A DNA stretch of 64,000 nt from Lama glama. Its lineage: Eukaryota. Below the pieces are notes generated by a model. That model was not told the DNA's origin and searched no databases. It saw only the letters and a list, made by a program, of their open reading frames with translations. The position numbers were made by a program, and so were the translations under genes. Below, piece by piece: positions 36,076 through 47,129 of this stretch. Location of the stretch: assembly GCA_028534125.1 (NCBI GenBank), contig CM052831.1:434001-498000 (forward strand). Reading direction: 5' to 3'. How positions within the stretch are numbered: position 1 is the first letter of the stretch; each line of letters starts with the position of its first letter.

Positions 36076-38929
36076 TGGAAGAGGCTGCGCTCCTCGGCAC
36101 AGCCGGGGCCTCCCTCCCGCCTCCCGCGCCGTCCGGGGCCAAGCTGTCGGTACTGCTTCCTCTGTGCCCAAGCGGGTCAGCTGCTTCCCAGGGCGGCCCT
36201 CACGCTTGTGTCACCTCCTTGGGGGCCCCCATGGTCACCACCCTCCCCCCCGGGCTGCCGTCTGTCCTGACAGCCCTTCACCACGGCTGGCATCCTCGTC
36301 AGTCACCAGCTGTGCTCAGCCCTCCAGCCCCCTCATGTACCCCTCGCTCTGGGAGGGTCTGGGCACCCAAGCCACGAGGCTGGTCTGCGGGCTGCTGGGC
36401 TGAGCAGCTGAAGAGTGGACATCAGTGGAGACATTGGTGTGGGGAAGCCAGGCCAGAGCAGGGGTCGTGCAGAGAGGGAGGGGCCGGGCACCTGCGCGGG
36501 GGTTGGGGTGGCCCCACCGGGCCGGGCACTCTGCTCGGGGGACGGAGGGCGGTGGGGCTGGAGCCTGAGGTCCCGGCCCCAGGCAGAGGGCTGTCCACGA
36601 GGCGCTGACGCCCCACTTCCAGTTTCTCGTAGGGAAGCCGAAGCATTTTTGTGCAGATGTTCTGGTTTTGTGGATGCTGGTGACTGGGGCGGGTAACCTG
36701 AGCCGAGCTGCTCCTGCCTCCGGTTCTTGGGTTCCTTAATCGGTGGAAGCTGACAAGCGGCCAGACGGGAAGTCCATGCCAGGCTCCGCCGCGGCTCGTG
36801 CTGCTGCAGCGGGAGCCAGACGGGGAGCGCGTGCCCTGCGCCCTCCCGCGGTGCGGTGGGGGCGGGCTCGGGTGGCCTGCGCCCCCGTGGTGGTCTGTGT
36901 GCAGGGGTCACAGCACCTGCTTCTGCTCCCGGCACCTCAGAAGTGGCCGCTGTGTTTTGGCCTTTCTGTGTCTTGGTTTACGCTTAGTCCCTTATGGTTT
37001 CTTTGTATCCTGTTGCTGGAGGAGACAGTTGTCCACACGCGAGCACGGCAGGTCCCAGCCTGTCTCAAGCCCACGCCACCTCACAGACCAGAGCAGGACC
37101 ACAGTTCACAGACCACAAACAGGACTTTCCTTCTGTCCCGACCCAGTGTTTACCCGTCCAGCAAATGCTCCGCGACCTCCCTGAGCTCAGAGCTTCAGAC
37201 CCAGAGGTGCGGGTCCCTGTCTGCAGTGCCAGGTGCAGAGATCAGGACCGGGACCAAGCAGCCCCTCCTGGCTGGCTGCCCCGGAGGAGCCAGGGACCCT
37301 GGCTTTCCCAGGCAGGCGTCCAGTATGGCCCATTAATCCATGTCACTGCTGCTTTTGTTGGCTGGGCCCTGCCATTCCTCCTCATTTCAGGAGACTTCTG
37401 TGGTCTCTGCTTTTGTTACAACCAGTGTGACGTGTAGGTGGCATTAAGAGGGAGTGAGGCTGCAGGTGCCTGGGCTCCAGTTGCCCACGGCTTGTTCTCT
37501 TCCCTCTCCCATTGTCTCGGCAGCCGTCTGCCCCGGGGCCGGCTCTCCTGTCCCCCGGGCGTGGGCACACAGGTGGGTCTCAGTGCCGCAGCCTGTGTGA
37601 GTCCGCGCCTGCAGCTTGCCTGGTGGAAGGCCATGGGGGCCGCAGAGAGGCCTGCGTGTCTCAGAAGATGGTCTTGTGACAGAACGTTTGTCAGAATTTT
37701 CTGAGGCATCAGTGGCTCTTAGAAAACATGCGCCGGGTGATGAGGGGCAGAGCGGGGTCCGAGCTGCCTCTCTTCCTGGCCCCGGGGTGGCTTTGTCAGA
37801 GATGCTAGACCAGTGGCCTGGCCTGATTGCTCATGGACTCTGAGCAGCTGGACTTGGTCCTGGGGTCAGCATGCTGCCCGGCTCAAGTCCCCACTCTTCT
37901 GGGCTCTGGCCTGGAAGGACCTGTCTGGTGGTCGTGGGGGACCTGCTGCAGCCCTCCTTCCGGGCCGCGCGCACCTGTCTGAGCTGACTTAGGAGGGGAG
38001 GGGAGCTGCCTTCTCCAGGGACACTTTTTCCTCCGGACCCAGAGCAGACACGTGGTGCATCCCAGGGCCCCCACGTTAAGGGGACGTGGCCACAAGGTCT
38101 CGGCCACCCTCCCAGGGACCACAGCTCAGAGACATCACACACCCCATCCTGAGTCTTAAGCGTTGTTGGAGCCAGAGTTTGAGCGTCTCTCTTCCTAAAG
38201 ACTAGCACCCTCCCCTCCCTCAACCTTCTTGTAGGAGCGCCATTCTTTATTGTTTCAGCAGATGTTTACCACGTGGCCCTGGGGACAGAGCCGTAAACAC
38301 AGAACCTTCCTGACCTCCAGGAGCTTACAGTCTGGGCGGGGAGCAAGTCTAGACCGGGGTCGCTGGTGGGAAGCGGCAGATTTAACACTCAGATCTAGTT
38401 TTTTCTGCCTCCAAAGCCTGCTCACCTGACCCCGACTCTATACCGTCTTTTAAAGTAGAGCACATCGCCTAGCTGAAGGAAGGGGTAGGGGGCGCATTTA
38501 GACCCTTCACGGCAGGGGTGGTCATATCCCTCAGGTCTCTTTCTGCGGGTGTGACTGCTGCCTTGTGACTCCAAGAAACGCCACCTGGAGCTTGTTGGAG
38601 TGTGTTAACTGCGGCCCATCCCAAAGTGATAATTTAGAATCTGTACTTCATCAGAATCCCAACTGAATGCGCTTTAAAACGTCTGAGGAGCTGTTGTAAG
38701 ATGTCTCAGTGGCACCCAGTTTAGTGATTAGCCAGTGATTTTACGTTACCCAGACACGCGGTCCAGGGTAGGGTGATGTGGGTCCGAGCGCCGTGAGGCT
38801 GGTGAGCTGTACCCCTAGCCCCAACGCCTGTGTGGCCAGGAGCAAGTCCCTTTGCCTGAGTCTTTTTTGAAAACACTGCACTTAGGACCGTTAAGTTACT
38901 CTCGGTCACGGCATTTGCTACATCACACC

Positions 38930-39645
38930 GTTTTTGACTGTAGATCTTGTGTTCTTAGAATTTTGAAATTTCTCTAATTATTTTCTCTTAGCCTGTGTGT
39001 CACGTAGGAAGGCATGTCATGAAACCCATTTTTAACTTTCTCATCATTGACTTGTAATTTAATTACATTGTCATCCGAGGAGTGGTCCGCGTGACACTGC
39101 CACACTGAAGTTTGCTCGTTTATCCTCGTGGGCGGGCCCAGGAAGAGGGGTTGACTTTGCAAGTGTCCCGGTCAGCTCTGAAGAGAATGCAAGCATTTAT
39201 TCCACGTGGGAATAGAGATTCTCGAAAGACGTTTACTGGTTCACTCTTGCTAATTTTAGTATCCAAATCTTCTAAGTCCTTACCAACATTTTCTCTGCAG
39301 CCCTAGGAGAGGAGCATTAGACATGCCACCGATAAGTGTGGTAATGCGCAGGTCTTCTGTACAGCGCTCTTCAGCACGTTAAGGAAGTCTCCTTCTGCTA
39401 CTGGTTTGCCGGAGGTTTTTTTTGGATAAATGGGTGTTGTATTTTGTCAAATGCTGTTCCTGCATCTGTTTGAGGTTGGCGTGTGACTTTTCCTCCTTTT
39501 GTTTGTTAATGTGGCATGTGGGTGATTTTTGTACATTAAAGCTACCTTGGACTCCTGGTAGAAATCCCTGCTGATCATGTGGTGTCATCTTTTTCACGTA
39601 TCGATGGACTTGGTTTGCTAATTGTTTAGTTAAGGATTTTGGGGC
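38930..39645 (-). mobile_element. L1 ORF2 (endonuclease and RT fragments), ending ~390 bp upstream of the CHCHD6 exon
   Basis: Minus-strand peptide HDQQGFLPGVQGSFNVQKS (39379-39597). Confidence 0.85.
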
Positions 39646-39994
39646 ACCCCTGCTGCTGGAGCTCAGAGCCTGAGACGGGCAGGATGTGGTCCCAGAGGAC
39701 AGCTAGGCACTTCCAGACCGCGTGGTGACCAGGCCCTGCTCCCCCCTCGTAGCTCTGAGCTCTGGGCTGGTCACTTAAGCCCCTCTGTCCCGTCGTCTGT
39801 GATGGGGTCACAGTGACCCTGCCCGCCTCCCAGGGATGGTGGGCAGCATGTGGCCCTCAGCAGGGTGGTGGTTCTGCGGTGTCCTCCCTTGACGGTGCGT
39901 GGTGGCACCACAGTGGGGGGTGACCCCACACAGCGCAGGTTTCCCTTCGTAAGTCTGCATCGTTGCAGCCCCAGTCCAGCCCCCTGCTGCCCGG

Positions 39995-40028
39995 CTGACA
40001 GCTGACATGGGCTCTGTTCTCTTCCCAG
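39995..40028 (+). promoter_or_regulatory. 3' splice site of the CHCHD6 exon: tandem CTGAC branch-point candidates (A at 39998 and 40005), polypyrimidine tract, AG
   Basis: Sequence ggCTGACagCTGACatgggctctgttctcttcccAG; the candidate branch A residues lie 31 and 24 nt upstream of the exon. Confidence 0.7.
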
Positions 40029-40112
40029 GCCAAGGAGCTGGAGAGCCGGGAGGCAGAGCTGAGACGCCGCGACGCCTTCTACAAGGAGCAGCTGGGGCGC
40101 CTGGAGAAGCAG
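40029..40112 (+). CDS. CHCHD6: Internal coding exon of CHCHD6 (MIC25, MICOS complex subunit); 84 bp, phase 0/0, AKELESREAELRRRDAFYKEQLGRLEKQ
   Basis: Acceptor ctgttctcttcccAG ends at 40028 and donor GTGAGC starts at 40113. The 28 codons are open. The peptide closely matches the human CHCHD6 segment ARELESREAELRRRDTFYKEQLERIERK as recalled. It is not annotated in the ORF track because it has no start codon. Confidence 0.93.
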
Positions 40113-42044
40113 GTGAGCTGGTCCCGCGGGTGGAGCCCACACCTCCGTCACCAGCCCTGCTGCTGTTTGGGAAGGAGCGACAACGGCGTGACCCCCACTG
40201 TGAACACGTGTAACCTCGTGTCGCTGACATGCTCCTGGGCGTTGGGAGGTCGGAGGCACCATCTCTGTTTTCCTGAGGTTGAGCCTTCAAAGTGGGTGAG
40301 ACTCAGACACAGATGGCCTGCCCTTGCCTGAGCGACTTGTGAAAACTCACTGGGGGACTTGCTTACTTTTGGGGGTGATTTAGTCTGTTGATCGTGGCAG
40401 TTTTCAAAGAAACGGCTTAAAACATGGATGGGGATGGTTGGCAGGTTAAAACACATGGTTCTCCCTCTGCCGAGGTGGTGGCCGCAGGACCCTAGCTGCC
40501 GGCTGTCGCTAGCAGGCCCGGGAGCCACGGTGTGGAGCTTTGAAGTTGAGGGCCTGCTCGAGGGCTTGGCTCCCGCAGGCTCTTCTGGGGCTGGTCACCC
40601 TGGAGCCAGGCAGCAGGGGCGGGACGGGCTGCTCCTGCTCCCGGTCACCACCCCCGTGCGCCCCTGCCACGTTCAGGCGGTGCCAGACCTGTGAGGTGCG
40701 CCATGCGGAGGGAGGCCCCCGTGGCCCTGGCTACCTGCAGCTGTGACAATGACTGTGACCTGAGCCCGCGGCGGGGGCAGCCCTGACAGCAGTGTCCTGT
40801 GGGCCCGTCCTCTCTGGGTCTGGCTCCTGGAAGTGTCTGGGGTGGGGCGGTGAGAGGGACATGGCCTCGGGGCGTTTCCTCCTACCTAAGCCAGTGGGGG
40901 AAGGAGCGTCCCTGGCTGGGCCCCCTTCGTCGCCCCCCTTCCCCTCTGTCCCAGGTCAGTCCTCACTCCACATGCAGGCGCCGCCCTCCTGTGAATGGGG
41001 CTGTGAGTGCGCCCCAGGGATGCGTGGAGCCGCCGACCCCCAGACTCCAGCACTTTGCGCAGAGGCGTGCCCTGGCAGGAGGTGGGGCTGGGGCGCACAG
41101 GGTCCAGGGGTCTTCTTAGGGAACTTCTGCCTCCTGGGGCACAGCGTCTGACAGCCTCCTGCAGTAGCTATTGCTTTTCTGTTTTCATGAAAGTTCTGCT
41201 TCGTCTGTTGAATTGCTCAGACCCAGACACTGCCTTCTGCGCGCACGGCCCCTGGCCCTCTGGCCATCCAGCTCCTGTTTATTTCCTTTTAAGCTTAGAA
41301 ATTGATGGTGAAAAACTGTTTGTGGGCGACTGGGATCAGCTACCCGATCGTCCTCGACCCCAGCAGCTGGGGTGGGGGTGCGGCGGGGGCAGCCCGGCTG
41401 CAGGCCTGGCCTCGACAGGCAGGTGCAGGAGAGCCTGCAGGGTCCAGCCAGCTCTGAGGGCAGGGATATCCTGACCCTCCTGCACCCAGACGGTTCCTGG
41501 GAATCATGGTGCGGGAATCACGTTTCGTCGGGCGCCCAGGCTTCCCGGTCTTTCTGAGCCGCTGTTCCTCGCGCGCAGACCACCAGACCTGAGTGAGTAG
41601 GTTTCTCCATTTCACTGCGGAGGGAGGCAAGATGCTGGGCTCACCAGGGCCCCGTGATGGTCTTGGACCCCCAGGAGCAAGCCGGGAGTGATGTCCAGCA
41701 CCCGCGGGAAGCAGAGGGCAGAGAGCAGGGGGTCTCTCCGCCCATGCTGGGCGTGTGGTGGGAGAAGCTGTGGTACCTCTTTGACCAGAAGAGCCACGGC
41801 CCCGAATCTCTCGCCATCTCGCCTGGCTCAGGGCCGAGGCTCGGTGCACTGGGCCATCTCCCGCAGGAAGTGTCCCGGAGTGGGTCCCTCGCTCGCCTTG
41901 CCAGAAGTCAGCTGTCCTGGGCAAGGGCGACCCTGTGCACCACCCTCCCGCGGAGACCTGCGGTGCTGGTGGCCCTGCGCCCGCCTGCCTTCTGCCTCGG
42001 CCTGGGTTCCTGGAGGGGCGGCGAGCAGGCTTAGGGGCCCAGCA

Positions 42045-42150
42045 GGGCTCAACCCTGGCTCTGTTGCAGGAATGAAACAGCCTGTGTGACTTGAGCAGGT
42101 TGTTTAAATTCCACTGCCTCAGTTTCCTTATCTTTGAAGCAGGAATTTTA
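42045..42150 (+). mobile_element. MIR SINE core fragment
   Basis: tgtgtgacttgagcaggttgtttaaa..tgcctcagtttccttatctttgaa. Confidence 0.7.
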
Positions 42151-45100
42151 AGACGGACCTGCCATTTGCCTGGGGGTGAGTGGTCACTCGTGCAGAGCAG
42201 CCACAGAGTGGTGGACAGACCCGCTCGCTAATCCCACGTTAACGTAATCCTGCCCACTGCCAGCGCAGGGACAGCTGGGACAGTTGTGGTTCCTACCTCC
42301 CAAAGTCCACAGTCCAGTTTGGAAGGGGAGGGGACGTTGAGGATCAGGGCCCAGAGGGGAGGACTCCTGAGACCCACTTCCTGTGACCAGAGAACCCCCA
42401 GCTCTATGGAAATGGCCTCAGAGCTGAGGGGCGAGGGCATCTGGGGGCCTGGCTTCACGGACTGAGAGGGGAGGGCCCTCCTGACTGTCCAGCACTGGGG
42501 TGTGAGCGGCAGTGCTGCTCCTGGTTTTCCCTCTGCTCCTGCTCAGACCTTTAGGGGCAGCCGTCCCTTGATCCCACCAAGCCTGCAGCCTTCTCAGTGC
42601 TGGCACTGAACGGCCCCTCTTGGTGTTCGGGGGTGTCTGAGGAAGGGAACTCTGCTTCACAAGAGAAGGGGGGCTGCAGTTACAGCCCCAGGCGACCTGT
42701 CTCACACTCGGTGGAGCTGCTGTGGGTACAACAGGCACCAGGTGTGGCGGTTCAGCCTGTGCCCCAGACACTGCGGCGGGGTTGGGGATAGCCTGGCAGG
42801 GCGGCCCTGGAAGGCTGTCATCTGGGGTCCCCGAAGCTAACGGAGCCAAGCCCCAAGGCCTGGCAAGTCTGCAACCCACAGAACACAGCCCTATTTCACC
42901 CGGGGTGCACTGCAGGATGTCCTGTGGATGAAGCAGCTGGTCCTCACTGGAGGCCTGCAGGAACAATCTGATCCAGCCGCACACACGCTCGAGGCTCAGG
43001 CCAGCGTGGGGGCACGTGGGGGCGGGATGGCCCTTTACAGGAAGTCCGAGCGTGGAAACTGCTCTGAGCTGTTGGAAGGTGGATGGCTGGCCCCTTTGGA
43101 GGGCTCATGGGTGGGCGAGGGCCCCTTCCTTAACCTGGGTGCTGGTTACAGGGTGTGTCCGGTGATGGGGGCTTACTGGGAGTGTTCGGCCGGTTTTGCC
43201 GTTTCTGTGAGAACATGACACTCAGTCAAGAGTTGGCGATGCAAAGCCTCAGGCACCAGCAGGCCGCCCACCACTCCGTTTTCCGCACGCATGAAGCCCT
43301 GTGTCCCCAGGCCCCCGGGTCTGTGTTCTAGCCCTTGTCACGCTGTCTCGTGGCATCTCCCCTCCAGGATCTGAGCTCAGCGTCCTCTGGGTCTGATCCA
43401 TCAGGGGTACGTGGGGTCTGGCAGAGAGCAGGTGGCCAGTAAACATGTGCGAGCAGAAAGGTGGGCTTCCAGGAGGAGGCGGCTTCTGAGGGCAGAGGGC
43501 GGTGTCCTGAGTGGGCAGCTTGCTGTGTGTCAGGGCAGCGCCCCGACAGCGATGACCAGGCACAGAGTGTGGAGCACTCTCAGGGTGGCCCTGGCCTCAC
43601 GGTCCCCCAAGGGAACTGCAGTTTCCTCCGGAAATTCCAGGCGCAGGTGGGGCCCAGGGATCAGCGTTTCGGTGAGCGGTGACTAGCCCGCTAGCTCGCT
43701 AACTAGCAGGCGCTCTGACACCTGAGGAGTGCTGGGCTAGTGTCCTAGGTGATTGCTGGGCCCCCGGGCCTCTTCCTGGTGGCCCCGGTCCCGAGCGTCC
43801 GAACGCTGACGTCCCTGCATGCGTTCTGCCCAGGGCCAGGCTTCGGCCCAGCACCTCGTCTCCTTGGTGAGCCCAGGTTTCATCCCCGTGTCCTAAAACC
43901 CGCGGGATGAGTGAGGCATCCATCAGGTGGGGAAGGTGAGGGAGGCGCCAGGAGAACCGAGCCCGCCAGCTGGGCCCTGCCAGTGGAGGGACGTGGCGTT
44001 TCCCGCCCAGCCTCGCCGGCCCTCCTCTCCATGGGCCTCGAGCAGATGTGCTCTAGCTTGTCTGTGCTCTCGGGGGAGGCCGGGACGGGGCCGCCGCTGC
44101 TCTGGGCGGCTGCGCCTCCTCCAGGCAGGTGTGCTTCAGAAATGGAAATGGCCCCGGGGTCCTGCCGCTTTGTGTCAGGGCCGCGTCCTCCTCGTCCAGC
44201 TCCCCGTCCCACACTCAAGGTGGCCGTGAAAGTGAGTGCCTTGGTCTGCGCTACACTCCCTGTGGGTGAAGGGCTCGGCTACACCTTGTCCTGCTCCCGG
44301 GCTCAGTGACAGTGGTCACGGAGCAGGTGAGCCTGGAGGAGCCTTAGGGACAAGAGTGGTTGTGGACTCAGGAGGAGGAGGTCCAGGGTCGGGGTGCAGT
44401 GGCTGAGAAGGTGGCAGGGGTGGCGGTCTGCGTGAGGCTCAACACCCCAAACAACGTCCTCCCGGGGCGAGGGCTGTGAACTCGTCCCCAGCTGGACGAT
44501 TCGGGGTCTGCCCGCCCGGCCCTCTCCCTGTCCCTGCATGTCCTAGACTCAGTCCTTTGCCTCCTGCACCCCCACCGCCCCGTCACCTGTCACCTGGACG
44601 AGGGCATCATCCCTGGCAGTCCCTGTGTCCCTGTCCCGATTCCTTGCTGCTTTGTCCGAGCGTCTCCGCCCTGCCTGACTTCACCTGCTGGCTCCTGCGT
44701 GTCCCTCGGACTCAGCCCTGCCTCTCCTCGACAGAAGCCCCTGTCCTCCAGCCCAGCACAGGGTTTCCCAGTGTTTCCCGTGCTGGCCTCCACAGCCGAC
44801 GTCGTTGGCTTCCTGCCCTCAGTGACCTCCAGGTCAGGAAGTGATTCACATTCACACATCACAGCACCAGACGTCCAGAACGTCCAGAGAAAGGGGGAGC
44901 GTCCTCTGTGCTCAGCACCCCACTGCGGGCCTGGAGGGCTGTGGCTGTGAGCCTGCCCATGCGGAGGCCAGCCGCAGCCTCCCTTCAGGACAGAGGCCTT
45001 CCACCTCCCATCAGCAGCAGCTCAGGTGCCCCCCAGGCCCCACGTATGTGAAACAAGGTGCAGACGCACTCACATGCCCTCGAGAGCCATGGGCAATGTC

Positions 45101-46239
45101 ACGGAAGGGCCGTAGTCTTTAAAGACCTCTGGGCCGTGCGCCTCACCCTGTGCCATTGGGATAAAGCAGCCAGTTTGGAGGCGTCTGGTGCTTGATGCCC
45201 GCAGTCCCCGGTTCTGGGGCGGCACCAGCAGGCAGGCTGGACCTGGCACCTGAGCAACAGCGCGTGAAAGGCGTCAGGCTTCCCGGCTCACTTGAAGTGC
45301 TTTGGAATGTGAGGAATTCCGCCCTGGATTCTCAGCGGGGAATGTAGGGCCCAGCCTTCCCCGGCTTCCTGGGGGAATGCAGGCCGTCCTGGTTCAGAGG
45401 GCCGGGTGGTGACGAGAACTCCAGCTACTGGTGAGATAACCAGATCCCGCGGGACTGGCTTGCTGGTTGCCAGCAGGGGCTTTGCTGGAACCGCGGGACC
45501 TGCGGGCACCTCTGTGTCCCTGGGGCACCTGGCAGGCGTACTGGCCTCACACCCACTCTGTCCACGCCCCGGAGGCACGGTTGTCTGGCCCTGAGCCAGC
45601 TGTTCACCAACCCTGCGGCCACAAGCAGGGTTGCTGGCCTGGGATGGGGGTGGGAGTTGGGCAGAGCCCACAACCCTGGGAGCAACAGCAAGGTGCTGGG
45701 GGCAGAGTCAGTGGCGTCCGGGTCCTGGATTGCTGTGTACAGTGGGCTGTATGTGGCGGTGGTCCTCTGTCCTTGTCACTTTGGTGTCTGTGTTTGGTGA
45801 CATTTGAAGGAATGTGGTAAAGTTCAGTTGTGACCACTTTCTGTTTTCTCAGCAGTTACAGGAAACATCTCAGTTTCCTCCTGAATGTGTGATCCCAAAG
45901 CTGTGGGCAGAGCGTCCCGCGTGGGCAGCTGCCCCGGCGACCCTCCACGTGCCGGCAGGGACTTCATGGGACGTGAGGCCACTGCACAGAAACCGGCTCT
46001 CAGCAGGCTCCAGCAGGAACGCTTGTCCTGTGAGGCACGGCCTTGTTTCTTTAGATCCACTCTCGGTTGTGCTAATGACGGAAGGAGAAGTAAGAACAGG
46101 AGGAAAGTCTGAGAGCTCCGGTCAGTGAGCCGGGAAGCGGGAGCGTGACAGAGAGGCCTGAGCAGTGGGGCAGGGCGAGGCCGGGCGTGAATGGGCCCGG
46201 AGAGGGGAAGCACACGGACTGCGGAGTTAACTCTCTGGG

Positions 46240-46500
46240 CTGCGAGTGGCTAACTGCTGCCCAGAGTCTCAGCGGCGGAGGCAGAGGAAGAGACAGATGC
46301 ACGTGAACCTCCTCAGTTCCCAGGAGGAGACTGGGGACGGATGAACTAGAAACGAGGGAGGCTTGTACCTGCAGGTGCGGGGACGGGCTGGGGGGACACG
46401 GAGCGGTGGGGCATCTCTGAGTACAGTTCCTATAAATAGTCTGGCTTTCGAACCATGTTAATATTTTGCTTATTCAAAAATTAAATCAACAAAGATGGGG
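46240..46500 (+). mobile_element. Old L1 (L1MC/MD-type) 3' UTR fragment
   Basis: ctctgagtacagttcctataaatagtctggctttcgaaccatgttaatattttgcttattcaaaaattaaat. Confidence 0.5.
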
Positions 46501-47129
46501 TTAAGATGAATACAGGCAGAAGTAAGTGAAGCTAGCTGCCCGCCGGCAGGGCCACCCAGCCAAGGAGCAACCGGGTTAGTGCAGGAGGGCTTCCCACCCT
46601 CTCCCGCTCCTTCCCGTGAGGTGCGGCTGAGAACCCCGGAAGTGTGGGTGCAGGACCAGAGGAGGGGGCCGGGGTGGGAGCCTGGGCTGGAGGGGCTCAC
46701 GGCCCCACCTAGTGACAGGACGCAAGCCCAGGCCAGTGCCCCCGGGCCCCGCCTCGTGCAGACGGCTGCCCAGGGGGCCTCCCGCTCCTCCAGATGGAGG
46801 GGGTCCCACCAGCCACACTGGGGACCAGGTGAGAGCCGCCCTGACAAGCGGCCCCAAGAAGCGCTCTTCATCCTGAGGGGCCGGAGAGTCCCTTCCTCCC
46901 CCCAGGGACCCCAGGTGGCTCGACAGCGTGACGGAGGTGGCTGGGGAGCACTGGCCTGGGGAGTGGTCCTCATCCGTGGACAGGAGAGTCCTTTCTCCCG
47001 CCTAGAGACACGAGTGCCTTCTCAGCCGCTGACTGGCGTGCTGGGTGGAAAATCATCAAGGGCGCGCGAGGTCGGGGCGCAGCCGCCCGGCAGGGCCTGG
47101 CTGCCCTGGAAAGACACTCCAGCAACAGC

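Larger units (their letters stand above)
1..40028 (+). other. CHCHD6: Probable large CHCHD6 intron upstream of the exon (intron 4 equivalent)
   Basis: No other CHCHD6-like coding exon was recognised here. The region is repeat-rich, and mammalian CHCHD6 has very long introns around this exon. Confidence 0.7.
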
